Positions 1 to 13,865 of a DNA stretch of 47,405 nt are shown in pieces. Within the stretch, counting starts at the first letter, position 1. Each line of letters opens with the position of its first letter. Both the position numbers and the translations under genes were made by a program. The notes under the pieces were generated by a model that had not been told where the DNA came from, made no database searches, and was given only the letters and a program-made list of their open reading frames with translations. The stretch comes from Perkinsus olseni (lineage: Eukaryota), in the NCBI GenBank assembly GCA_013115125.1, contig JABANN010000250.1:1-47405 (forward strand). Reading direction: 5' to 3'.

Positions 1-615
1 AGTCTTGTACGGTCGGTCGTTGAGAAATTTCAAGAGTTCAAAGTTGTTCACGAAGTTTTGAAACTCCCTTTACTCTCAGGCGGAGGTCCAGCCGGCCTCA
101 TCTCATCTGGTGTTGGCAGCCCAGCGAGAGCTCCATGGTGAGCCATCGTGGTTGCTCGGGAGAATCCCCTCGTTCGCTGTCTAGTTACTGTTGGATCGGA
201 CTCCGAGGTTGGGTCGATCCCGGAGGAGTGCCCTTCACCTCCACCGTCCGATCCGGATGATGACAGCCCTCCAGACTCTACTGGAGCGGAGACGGGACCG
301 ACCGGAGTGAGTGATCCCCCTCCATCGATATAGCGCTAGTACGCAACCTATCGGAGGAAATATTATCCAACAGGAGAATATATAAGCTGAATAATGCGTT
401 CCTAGGAGGGGCTCGAGGAATGGGAAACACGGTGCTTGGTGGCGGATCTTGGCTGCGATAGATTACCACGCCCGAGCATTCGGTGTGGTCGCTTTGCGCA
501 CTCTTCAGCCGAGGTGAACGCTTCTGCTGCTTAGGTCATTGCCGTGGACGACATAGTGAAGAAGAATGCTTCCTTTGACGATTGGGATGATGATGAAGAG
601 GAGTTTGATTACTGA
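1..615 (+). CDS. 3' exons of an unidentified spliced gene with a Pro/Asp/Ser-rich segment and an acidic C-terminus (..NASFDDWDDDEEEFDY*)
   Basis: GT-AG bounded exons; final exon after ttag (~535) reads VIAVDDIVKKNASFDDWDDDEEEFDY to TGA at 613-615. No recognisable domain. Confidence 0.5.
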
Positions 616-741
616 ATGAAGCAGCATGCGCCACGAAATTCATCCTCTAGCCTGAGCCACTTCGCTCAAGTTCTCGAGGTCTGTAGAAGTTGCGTTGCAG
701 ACAGTCTGAGTACCACCGATGTCCTCATATAAGATTTCATC

Positions 742-1368
742 ATGACGGAACCCATTGACGTGCTTTTCGTGTGTACAGGGAACACCTGTCGCTCAGCAGT
801 AGCGCACCACTACGCGTACCATCTTTTGACGAAATCAAGGCAAAATATGGAACCGCTCGTTATCGAGTAACAGCTAGAGTCCGTTCACGCCGCTTGAGAG
901 AGGCGTCCGGCATGCAGGTCGGCAGGCCTCGATGCTTGTCCAGGGCAGCCGATGAATCCCTTGGCCGTCAAGTTGCTCCATGACCAAGGTTACGATACCT
1001 CCGCTGAGAGGAAGCATAGGTCTAAGCAGGTATGGTCCTCCTGGCGCACCGCTCAGTAGCTCATTGGGCAGCTGACTATGGAGATGCTGTGCCGTGCTCG
1101 AGAGGTGTACGGCATGGACAGAGGGCATGTTGAGCGTCTCAAGGCCATGGTGGACGAGAAGGTCGATGGCGTGAGTAGGGTAGTCACTACCCGGTAGTGA
1201 AGAGGCGTGGTGCTGTAGCTGAGCTCCGGTCAGGTGGAGCCACGCATTGAGATGCTTGTAAAGGAGGGCATTCCCGACCCGTACACCTACAGTGAAGAGG
1301 CCTGGCCGCCGATCATGGACATGCTCCAGCGAGGGGTCGAGGAGAGGCTGAGGGAGCACTTGCAGTAA
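742..1368 (+). CDS. Low-molecular-weight protein phosphatase (LMW-PTP / YwlE-like), ~4 exons
   Basis: Spliced translation MTEPIDVLFVCTGNTCRSAVA..IESAGLDACPGQPM..HRSKQLT..YGMD..IPDPY..EHLQ*. CX5R P-loop, SAG, H-x-S-x-Q and DPY motifs are in family order. Confidence 0.92.
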
Positions 1369-1399
1369 AGGAAGCATGCATCTTTCCGATGGGAAGGAT

Positions 1400-4300
1400 C
1401 GGGTTGAGTGTCTCTCGGGGAGCTCTGCAGGGCTAGTCTTTGGAGTCCATCTATTCACGACACCATTCGAGAGGCTCCGAGCGTAACTCGGCACGTTGAA
1501 TCAACATAACCGGTACGCGGCAGTGGCCAGGTGGTCCTTCGGAGGACGGCCCGCCTGACCACAGAAGGAGCAGAGAAGGAGTTCAGTTAAGTCTTTCTTA
1601 TGCCCCAAGTTCCCCATGCAAGTCGATCCCCTCTTCACTACACCCACCCTCGTTTCTGCGTCGAACGAGAATTTAATGGGGTCTCGGAGAGCGGTAATAG
1701 AAGTAAGCCCACTTGGGTAGCGCGGCGACCCTTTTGGCGAGATTTGTAGCGCTAAGTCATCGTTGAGCGCATAAGTGATGCAACTCGTGCTTGAAATTGG
1801 TGTGGGAAGGCCTCTTGCTTGCCTCCATTCAGAAGGAAGGTCAGGAGGGTACCACCATCCGGTTGATACAACCCTCGGCGAATTGCGCGTACATTGCTAC
1901 GTAAGCTCGATCAGAGCTGGAAGTATTCCGAAACGGGGTCTCAGGTTCGAGGCGGGCCACACCAGCGCTGAGGAGGTCGCGCCTCTCCAGCTCGGAGGTC
2001 AAAGGTTCTCGCTGGAGCCCAGGGTGAATACCTCGGATAACGTAGGTCTCGCTCTGTAGCATAGCTTGATGCCGAGGGGAGCGCTCCTTCTGTAGGTGAT
2101 CCGACTCTGCTACTTTAATTCCGAGTCGAAGGAGATCAGAGTTGCCTCTCTCAGTACAGAGGATGGCCGAAGTGACGACGTGGCGAGGTAACTCTGTGTG
2201 GTTTCTTTCCATTGACTTGTCGTTCGGGCTTTATCGGGCTGTTTTGAAGACAGTGTCTTCGCAACCGGAGAGCAGGTCTTACAGCTTCAGGTGCAAGTTG
2301 GATGAGAGCGTGAGATGTATCGAGTGGCTGTCTTCAAACAGCATAATCGTACTCTGCAAAGATACAGTCATGTAAGATCGTCGTGATCTCATCAAGATCG
2401 CCTTAATTTGCGAGTAAGAGGCTTCACCTTTCAGGGAGCTGACTGCAGATCCGCTGGAGATATACCGAACCGCGCATATCGACGTCCCAAGGCACTCTCA
2501 TACCTGCCGTCTTCGGAGACGAGAGGGGGTTGACGAGCTGCTCGTTTATGGGACTGGTGGCTTATCTGTGTACGCCCGCCCTGGTGAAGCACTATCCCCC
2601 ACAGCATCTTTGCGGAGAGTTTCGTGGAACGCGAGCTTACTGAGTTCAGGTTCTCACCCAGCGTCAACGGCAACCGTTGCTCTCGCAGATTTTTGTGCTC
2701 GGGTCGTGTCACTGCGGCAGCCCAGCTGGAGGAGGGTGAGTCCCTTTCCCGCTCGGTCAATCCTTAGCGAATCTGGTAGGTATCATAGTTTGTCGTATAG
2801 AAGCACACGAGCAGGGAGATGGACCCGGAGCGACGTATCGCACCGATTTACCCAGACGGAATTTATTTTCTGATGCAGGTCAATAAACTCATTGGGTCAA
2901 AGTGCCTCACTGGACAGGTGAGGAGGGGCACAACAATAGCATTGCCTCGATCGCTTCTTCTACCTCATAGATTGATGATGCCTGATGGCTCGTCCCTACC
3001 CGCATTGCCGTTGGACAGTTCGAAAGAGTTTGCGGTTACGTTACCGACTACAGTGTGGGAGCTATCAGGGTTTACTGCCTGTCACAGCGGTGTCTCCTGA
3101 TGCCCTCAGGTTCTTGTGTGTTCTCGAACTGGCTGATGCAGAGCGCAGAGGGGAAGTCTCGCTTCCTGTTGTTGAGCGAGCAAGAATCCGTATTGATCAC
3201 CAATACGTGAGTGGGATAATTATCATGAGAAGAAACTCATTACTTCGTCCCTCGTACCAATTGAAAGCTTCGATTTGAGGCGGCTCGCGATCTGAGCTCG
3301 ACAGCCCGAGCCTTATATGGCTGGCAGCGACAGCCATATAAGGCTGCGAATTGTTGCGCCTCCCCTTCAGAAGTGGCTTGACGGAGCGCCGGCCTGTACT
3401 CAGCCTTTATTTGCAACAGCAGGCTTTGCGCTGCCTCAGGCGCGGATATATCGGTAAATGCAAGGCGGGCTGTAGGGCAGTTGTCGAGCGAAGTTTTCGG
3501 CGCTTTTTGATTCACTAGACTTTCGATGTAGTTACGAAGGCAGTTCAATAACGCTAGTCCAGACTGTAGACTTGGAGAAAGAATTCACATCCTGGGGGGT
3601 GAGTCCATTGTTGCAGCGCTCCGGCTGGATCATAGCAGCGAGATCTTCTCCTTCTCAGGCGAGCTCCCGGATACGCGGGGTAACGTTCCTAGGCACGTCA
3701 CGTGTATCGCTGCTGGTAGCGACAACTGACGAAGGCGATACCGAGGCCGACGATAAACAACCATTTGCCTGGGCTCAGAAGACAAAGGTGGGCAGTTTCT
3801 TCCAAATGTTTTCCGCCAAGGGCGATCGCTTCCATACAGCCGGGTTGTAACAACCTTCAGAGTTGATTCCTGTCCTCCTCATGAGCGGCCTACGTGCCAG
3901 GCACCAGCACAGTGGGATGCGGTAACTTTCCGAGTGCAAGGCTCTGCCCTTGACTCTCCCAGTCTGGACCCTTCCATAGCCACGGATGAGGCACTTGAAC
4001 CCGGTAACGCCGTCCATTGTCTATGGAGTTCGCGGCGCCAGAGGCCGACCTCTATTCTTAGGCTCCGCTGCGACGACGAGTCAGCTCTACGCTGAAGTAG
4101 CCTCACTGAGATGGGAAATGAACCGAATGCGCGATACGGTAGGTTCTACCGAGACTTTCTGAGGGTCTCTAGTGGGGCCCCGGGGCTATCGGAAGGGAAG
4201 GCGTCCCCGCGGGTGAACAGTAGCCTTCGTTGGCAGGTGAACAAGATCGGAGCCGATGTTGCGGCTGTTCGGCGGTGAGTTGTCCGGGTCTCTGGCTCCA

Positions 4301-4900
4301 CCAGACACTGAGGCTTCTGGATTCGTTCGGCGGCAGAGTCGAACTGGCGTGGCACGGATCCTTATTTCAGGTTGATAGAGATGCATCTAACTTCTACACG
4401 GGTGTCAAATCGAGCTCGTCACGAGTGACCTTTCCATCATTATCAGAGTGGCTTTGAGCAAGGGTCAATCATAAGTGTGGGATCGGTACCCGGAGTGCGT
4501 CAACCGACAGCTTCAAACCACTGAAGATCTCAAACCTGTGGGGTCCTCAAAAGTTTGAGTTTGGAAGTCACAGGAGATAACATTCCTTTAGACCAGAATC
4601 TGGTCACCAGATAATGTCATCATGACTTATGACTCCCAGGCTCATCCCATCGTGAGTCACCGGGGAAATTGTGGTAGGCTGTTGTCTAACAACGGGAGCG
4701 AGCCTCGTTCCTGCACCGAAGGGTGTGGGTCAAGCGGGCAACAGGCAAGGTTGGCGTAATGCGAGTGTTGCAAGATGTCTCGAAATTAAAGTCTCGGGTC
4801 TCGGGTCACGGGTGGGGTTTAAGGAGCTAGCAGCAAGAGTGCAAGAGTGCAAGTGGAAAGTACTTCGCGCGCGCCTCGCCGAATTTCTACTTGCTTCCGC
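1400..4900 (-). mobile_element. Probable heavily decayed non-LTR (LINE-like) retrotransposon remnant
   Basis: No intact ORF or splice pattern. Minus-strand fragments fall in the expected order: Cys/His knuckle-like remnants (~3790-3930), endonuclease-start-like VINTDSCSLNNRK..QE (~3130-3220), RT-start-like GCINRMVVP / PSEWRQA..PISSTSCI (~1780-1870). Boundaries approximate. Confidence 0.42.
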
Positions 4901-5168
4901 GAATCCTTCCACGTAGTGAATCCCTCATAATCGCCAAATCAGTTTAAATGTTTGCCTTCTCCGTTCTTACGTGGACTCTGGAGCTCGGTTCCGGTGGAAA
5001 TGGCAAAAAAACTTGGTCACCGTGTCCAGTTCGGACTTTGAACTTCGAAGTCTGAACTTCTGTGTCATACCGTATGATTTGTACGCCACTCGGCAGGAGG
5101 GAGAGCCTAGGTTTGTGACAGAAGTACGTCGCCATTTTCATCAGGATTGAGTGCTGCCCTCATTTTTC

Positions 5169-6891
5169 ATGCCCGTTCCCAAGGTTTTGGTAGGGAAGGT
5201 GATCGTAGTGGGACCTGCTAGCGTTGGAAAGACCTGTCTGGTCACACGGTAGTGCAGAGGGCAGCGTTAGGGCCTGGATGGCTACGGTTTAGGGAGCAGG
5301 GTTATGGAACCTTTTCGGCATGAAACCTTCTATGCTGGATCAGATTTGTGGACGACGTGTTCGATGCTAATACGCAGTCGACGTTGGGTTGTGACTCTAA
5401 GGAGAAGACATTAAACGTGACAGGTGCGTCATAATTCACCTTTGCACAAGCACGCCGTCGGGTAGTCCCGGGGAGTGCTTCTGATTCGTCGTCGTTAGGC
5501 GTGGCAGAACCCATAAAGTTGATCCTCTATGATACAGCAGGCCAGGAACGGTTCGCCCAATTGGCAGGGAGTTACTACAGACAGGCCGATGTAGTAGCGG
5601 GCCGTGGACATCGGGGATGACCCGTCCTTCCTCGCCTGGGGTGGCGGTTGTGGTGCTTGACATGCTTGGTCTGGATTCCCGTGCTTAGATATGTCTGCTA
5701 TGTTTTGATCTATCCAATGCAACGTCTTTTGACCAAATAAAATGGTGGCAAAATCAAGTGGCCCAACACAACGAACGAGCGGAGTTTGTTTTGGTACTAC
5801 TAGTTTGCTCGAGTTTGCATTCGTGAAGCAGCGAGTTCTGTGCCGTTGATCCCTGCTCCGTGCTGTTTGGGCGTCCCTACTCGATGAGGACGAGGAAGTG
5901 TTGATTTAGGTTGGCACGAAGCAGGACTTAGCGCCGAAGCTGGATGTATCGTTTGCACGGAGATATGCGAACGAGAATGTAGTAGCCGAGGAAAACACGA
6001 GCTATCCTGACTTGGATTTGCTCATTATACTGGGACGAACTGCCATTTACGTTTATTGGGCAGCATTGCTAAGCTCAGTGGAAGGGCAGTGCTCGCGTCG
6101 TAGAACCCGGTGATAGTAGCCAACAGAGCCGTAACTCTCGGATGCTGTTGACCCTGACTCGCATTCTACGTAGCGCTTCAACGCATCAGCAGGAAAAAGA
6201 ATAGTGCTTGAGTCATTTCCGCGCTTCAACACAACACGGGTGTTTCTTGTGGCTGTAGAAATCATCCGTATTTGAAAGGATCACCGCTACTCAGGGTAGC
6301 GTGATGGGGTTTCGAAAGTTCATTGAGATTAGGATAGCTGGAGAGATGAGAAGAACGTAACGTCATCGAGAGACCTGAGAAGAAGGATGCTTGGCCATGT
6401 ATTTCATATTCAGGGTTTTCCGTTTTTCCTCACCTCCTCACTGACGGGTGGAGAGCAGATAGAGTTCCTCTTCCATGCAGTTGCGGAGAAGGTAGTGGGG
6501 TTGGATGGGTGACAATGAAGTAGAAAGGAGGACTTGTTACGTGTGAACTCGTGGCTCGTGTTCAGGTAGTTCGGCTGGCACTTCAACGACAAATGCTTCA
6601 GCAGCAGCCTCAACACTCGAGCTTTGGAGCCCCGGTGCCTGCGGAGGGATCAGACTACGGAGTGGCCGTTGCACGTGACTACGACAGACCAATACGGTGA
6701 GACTGCGGCGCTAGTCATGACGATAGTTCCTGTGGGACCTAGGACCATGATTCGCTAGCGTGATGTGGTACAGGCTGGAAGAGTTATTTAGTGTTTGTTG
6801 TTGAAGATGATGGTGATTTTTCTTTAGGCTTGACCTCCCATTCAGCGAGAAGGAAGCGTCCTCCGGGGGCGGCGGCTGTTGTGGATCGTAG
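5169..6891 (+). CDS. Rab-family small GTPase (9 exons); TKxD and TSS boxes resemble Rab24
   Basis: G1 GPASVGKT, effector STLGCD, G3 YDTAGQERF, YYRQAD, G4 GTKQD, G5 LTSSL, C-terminal GGCCGS* prenylation motif. Confidence 0.93.
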
Positions 6892-7035
6892 CCCCATCAG
6901 TGCTCTCAGCTAGTTGTAGCATTTTATCAGCATTAGCCCACATTTCTTTAATATTCCTCCTTCACTGCACTGTTCGCTGAGAGCTTAGAGGATTTCTTGT
7001 GTTCGAGTATGGCAACTTCCGCTCTAGTTGAGTTT

Positions 7036-7073
<38 letters not shown>

Positions 7074-7074
7074 G
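7036..7074 (+). repeat. (TTG)13 microsatellite
   Basis: Read directly from the sequence. Confidence 0.97.
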
Positions 7075-7411
7075 CACTTCCTGGGTCTTCGCTCGCTGTA
7101 GGGGTAACGCTCGACTAACCTCAGCCCTATTCTTGCCTGGGCGTTCTATTCGTCAGGCTGACCGCGATTTGCATTGCTGACTCGTGTGCTCTGCGCGGAT
7201 TGAAACGCAGTGTTAAGAGAATCTTCGTAGTGCGGTGCAGAGCGCGCCCGCCGTTTTTGTGGTCCGAGAGTGTTGCAGTTGTGTTCCGGGGTATGCCGGA
7301 TGCTTGACGGTCGTGTTGCAGATTATTGTTAGTCCCCTAGATTGTTCTCGCCTGTCTGGACCGTTCATACTGCATTAACTTACCTTTGCCGACTCAGAGG
7401 ACTTATCACGC

Positions 7412-9314
<1,903 letters not shown>

Positions 9315-10382
9315 CTGTGCCACCGATAAGAGTATGTCAACACCCTAATGCTGGACTATAGGAGCCTTCGAGTCCACACAGTAGTCAGCCGCCGAAGCGC
9401 AGGGTGGACACATTCTCTTGAGAAGCAAGACTTCTGAAGGCCCATTGTTCCAGCTCTTGCGCAGTCTGACTACTTTTACGTTTTGTAGTATTATTATGTT
9501 GAGATACTGCATGAAGTCACGGTCTTCTACCCGTAATTTTCCGCTCATAGGAATATCTGCAGTTCTTGCTCGGGTGATATATCTTCCCTCGCCACATCCA
9601 TCACGTCTAGCTTGTGGAGTTGACTATCGATCTGCAATGGCAGTCAAGCTTGTTCCGCGCAAACTCGTGATAACACTTACCTTTCCGATTGTTTTATATA
9701 CAACCATTTCTGAAGCCCTTGGTGGAGCTTCTGCGTAGCTTCTCACTCTCGTACGGTCAGACAGGCGCGTATGAATCTCCCTTTCTGAAGCCTTCGCTAG
9801 GCCGAAGTTTTTCGCGATGGTCAGCGATGGTAATCTCTAGTGGTGGATTTTGACGCATGCGAGAAGAGATTGTAATGTGGCACGTTCTACGATTACTACC
9901 GACTTGTATTAGCCGGTCTGCGTTCGGTTCACTACAGGTAATGGACTTGCACTGGCCGTTTTTCGCTGCTTCTCTTGTGTCACGATTGATTATAGTAGTA
10001 GTTCAAGCGTCGTCTCCACCCGGAGGAGGTGTTGAGAGTTTTGATGACTGCTTTGTATTCTGTAGCCTGTAGGGTAGAGTGTACTGGTAGCATCAAGAAG
10101 AAGTGGTTGCCAACAGTTTGGCTGTAGCGCATTGTGTGGTAGTAGGATTCACCAATCATTGTTCTGTCGTGTTGTACCAGTGGGAGAAAAGGGAGGAGAG
10201 TATGAGGCGTACTCGTTGGCACGTCCATTGATCGGACGGGGAATCTTGTAATCTTAGCCTCAGTGATCTCGGCTGTAGGAAGCGACGAACCTCGCTGAAT
10301 CACCTGATCAGCGTGGGAGGTCTGTACGTGTGATTGGAATAAGATATGCTGTGTGGAGTTTTCTCGCTGTTTCAAACGCCCA

Positions 10383-13300
10383 ATGGCACAACATCGTCGG
10401 CACTCGGGCCCTGTTGTGTCTGTTGAGACGCCGACGGATATTCGCATCGCAGTGAGATGCCCTATCCCAGCTCCCACTGGCGAATGTCGAGAGTGCCATC
10501 TAGAGTGCTGCCCTGTGGCTGTCGGTGTGTTGGGCGCTGCCTGCCATAGTGTGGTCACCCAGCAGACGGCTGGGTTTTGCCTTGGCTGTTTTGTCTACAG
10601 CTGCACTGCGGGCGACACACCTCTTCGCTTCCTGATAGCCCGAGGGGAATGCCTGGTACATCTCTTCCGTGGTGATTCCGCTTACTTGCGCGCCGTGGAC
10701 GAATCGAAGGCGATGAGAAATCAGCTAGCGACTTGTCTATCGAGGCTCATGGCGGACCGCAAGGCTGACCGATGCTCAGAGCTGCTTTGTGAAGCTCTAG
10801 CGTTGATGGTAGTGTGTGGAGGACAGATCGTACGTGATCGGGTCTGGCAGATGATGCCACTCGAGGCTGTCGTATTGACCCTTCGGAAGCTGTTTGATAT
10901 CGACCAGGAGGCCACTCACAGCGCGGTGCTGACGTACCTGCTGCGCAGGGACAATGCCCTGCTCATTGCGTGTGTTGATACCATCGCCCGTGGGGAGAGT
11001 GGCGAGCTTGTTACGGGGGCGGCCTGTGAGGTGGTTGAGCGTGTCATTGGGCACATCCTCGACGGGGAGGATGTGGGAGCTGCGGAGCTGTGGTTTTTGG
11101 ACAGCGATCTTTGCAGGGGACTGGTGGCTCGATTTTCGCGTGGCAGGATGAACGACACGGCTATGAGGATAATGTTGATGATTGCAGGGTACCAAGGAGC
11201 TGTGGATGCCTTGTTTATGGGGTAGGCGAGTTGCACCACCGAGGGTCCCTCGGCGAGGGAGGCGTGAGGCCATTGATCGACTCAGGTCCCTCGACCATGA
11301 GAGTGACATCGGTCCGTTCCACTCCTTCATCCACGAATTGGAGGCGGCCGTCGAGTTTCACATTCTGCAGTCGAGCGAGGAGGACGTGCAGGAAGCGTGT
11401 ATCGTGCTGTGCAGAGTCTTCCTAGTGCCAGCTCCCCCTTTGGTAACCAGTGGACCGCGGACGCTCTCGATCGTTGACTGGCTGCTGGAGTTGGTCCGGA
11501 CAGGCTCTCGTATGGGGTCCCTCGCTGCTGTCTGCCTAGAGGATTTCATAGCGGCGTGTCCTGAAGAGATCGCCAAGCGAGTTTGGAATGAAGACTTCGT
11601 CGCAATGGTCCTTCCCTCTGTCGGCGAAGAACCCATCGTAGCACTCCTAGCGACCGTGCTGGTGGCGGTGAAACCACATAACATCGGCGAGGCTACGTTG
11701 AAGGCATTACTGAGGTCGGTGGAGGTGATTCTGTGTCACGGCTCAGAGGACCATGCAGTGACTGTGATGGAGTTCTTAATGGGCTCCGTGAAGCACGGCG
11801 ACCTCGAAGTCCTCGCGCCTGAAGTTGGCTCCGTCTTGGAGTCTGTTGGAGCTTGGGCGAGCCGTACAGTGAGCTCGGATCTGTTATTCGGCCGCATTTG
11901 CGATTTGGTTACTGCGTCCTCCCCCGAGCCACCGTCTGTTCCTCTGGTGGTCTTGATGAACCAGTTATCAAGGGTTCTCCTCGAGCACTTCCCATCAAGC
12001 CCGGTGGCCATGGAGGCCTTCCTCCGTGCGACGGGAGCATTGATCGGCGACCTCTACGAGTCCCCTCGCTTGGAGGAATTGCAGCATCGTCTCCGTTCCG
12101 CTGCAGTTCTGGTCCCAGCCCTGACAGCAGGATCCGGGCCGGTGGTGCGTCTTCTCTTGGTGGGGGTTGTTCCTCGTTGGCTACTTGCTCAACTCAGCGT
12201 TGATGAACTCAGTGGAGACGCGGGCGAACTCTTCGTCAAAGGCGTTGAGCTCGACGGATCTTCAAGCGTGGCGGCCCTAGCGGTTCTCTTCTCTTCTCTG
12301 ACCAGTGATGTGTCCATTGGCAATGGTCTACTAGCTTCAGCCCAGCCCCTGACGAAGCTAGTGGTGTCAGAATGGGAACCTCGTGCGCTCATGGAGGCTC
12401 TGTTGTTGATCTCACACGTTCTGCGGCTCCTGTCAACACGAGGCTGCCACCGACCTTTATCGCAGGCGAAAGCTCAGCTGCTGTCCGCTTTTCGGCGAGC
12501 CCAATTCGATGCTTGGAAGCGTGACTCTGAGTCGGCCTCGCACGACACAAAGCACATAACGCAAACGCTAGTATGGCTGCTCGAAGACTCCGAAGAGGTC
12601 CCGGCCGAAATCCTCGCGATGCTGGCCGAGGTAGCTGCCAGCGCTGGCCCAAACTTAGGAGAAGGTTTGGCGGATTTGGTACGAGCCGTGGTCATCACCG
12701 CCAGCCAGCAGCCGCAGTTCTGCACACCTCGCGTGCTCCGACCGACCATCACGCTGCTCGGTATGATCCCAAGTCTGAATCAGGACTGGGAGGCGGAGGC
12801 GCTTCTTTCACCATGCTGTACTTTCCTGGCGCGCGGCCCTCATGAGCCTGAAGAATGCGCCCTGTTGTGTGACTTGATGACCACTGTTTTGATGATGCAC
12901 CCCGTCGGAGTGGCCACGTTGTTGGACCTCGGCTCGTGTCTGGAAGGACTCGCGGCAGCACAACTAACCAGTAGCAATTGCTCGCACACACTCCTTCGGG
13001 AGAGTTGTCTCAGAGCGGCGTCCGTTTTATTTGAGCTCTTACGAGGTCATCGCAGATCCCTTAAGTGTGTTTGGCTTGGATCATGGGCGGAGTCTGCAGC
13101 AGCTGAGGGTGGATCTGGCGCGGTAGCATTCTGTGGCGTGGCTGCTATCAGACTGCCCATCGAGAGCCTGAGTCGTGCGAACTTGAGTATCCGCTGTGCC
13201 TACTGGTCACTGGCTCTGTCTACTGGAACGGTCAAGCTGAACAGGGATGATATACCTGGCCTTGTAGCGTTGGGTGTTGAAGGAGTCCTCATGTCAGAGT

Positions 13301-13770
13301 CGTCTTCGACTGATGTTATCGATAGCGCCATGACGATGCTTTCTACCCTCCTCGTGTTCGCAAGGCCCGCCAGAGACTGCCTGGGCTTCTCGCTTGTACT
13401 CGCTTGTCTCCCTCCCCAAACCTTCTTAACCTTCGACCTACTCCCGTATGCTTGCCTAGTGCTGGCTCTGGTAAGGTTTCGCCCTGCATGGTACCGTCTC
13501 GACCCCGAAAGCGTACAGCGCCACGTGTCTACTGTCGCGGATGCCTTGACAGAATTGGCCAGTCCCCATCGTAGGAAAATCGGGGAGGCCCTGGTGAAGT
13601 GGGCCTCGGATTTGCTCGTCCCTCGACTCATTGCCTCTATCAACAAGATTCTACATTTCCCTGCGGTCAACGCGGATGCGCTCGGGCGCTCTGAGAGGAC
13701 CTGGGAGACGTGGATCGTGAACAGCATGATTTATCGTGCATGTGACCTTACCATTGATAAACTGAACTGA
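10383..13770 (+). CDS. Large (~1,100-1,150 aa) Leu-rich helical (ARM/HEAT-like) protein of unknown function
   Basis: The 290-aa and 862-aa ORFs join in frame via a GT-AG intron at 11222-11285 (ATG GG|G TCC CTC). Further small 5' introns are possible. Confidence 0.75.
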
Positions 13771-13865
13771 ATCACTGCGTGGTTTGACGAGAACTGTCTT
13801 GTGTTGTTCGAAGTTTAAAGGGAGGTCGAGTTCTCAGCGCCGCAGTCAGTCTTCCACTCACTTCA

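Noticed and set aside
874-1494. 206-aa minus-strand ORF
   Set aside because: Mostly antisense to the well-supported phosphatase exons; no motifs.
6150-6160. ACCCTGA as a possible telomerase RNA template
   Set aside because: Only 7 nt; lacks the ~1.5-repeat redundancy expected of a template.
6240-6275. Minus-strand GGATGATTTCTACAG resembling U3 snoRNA box A
   Set aside because: No box A', B, C or D in proper spacing, and G-U pairing favours the opposite strand.
11182-11285. Apparent frameshift or overlap between the 290-aa and 862-aa ORFs
   Set aside because: Explained by a canonical GT-AG intron at 11222-11285.
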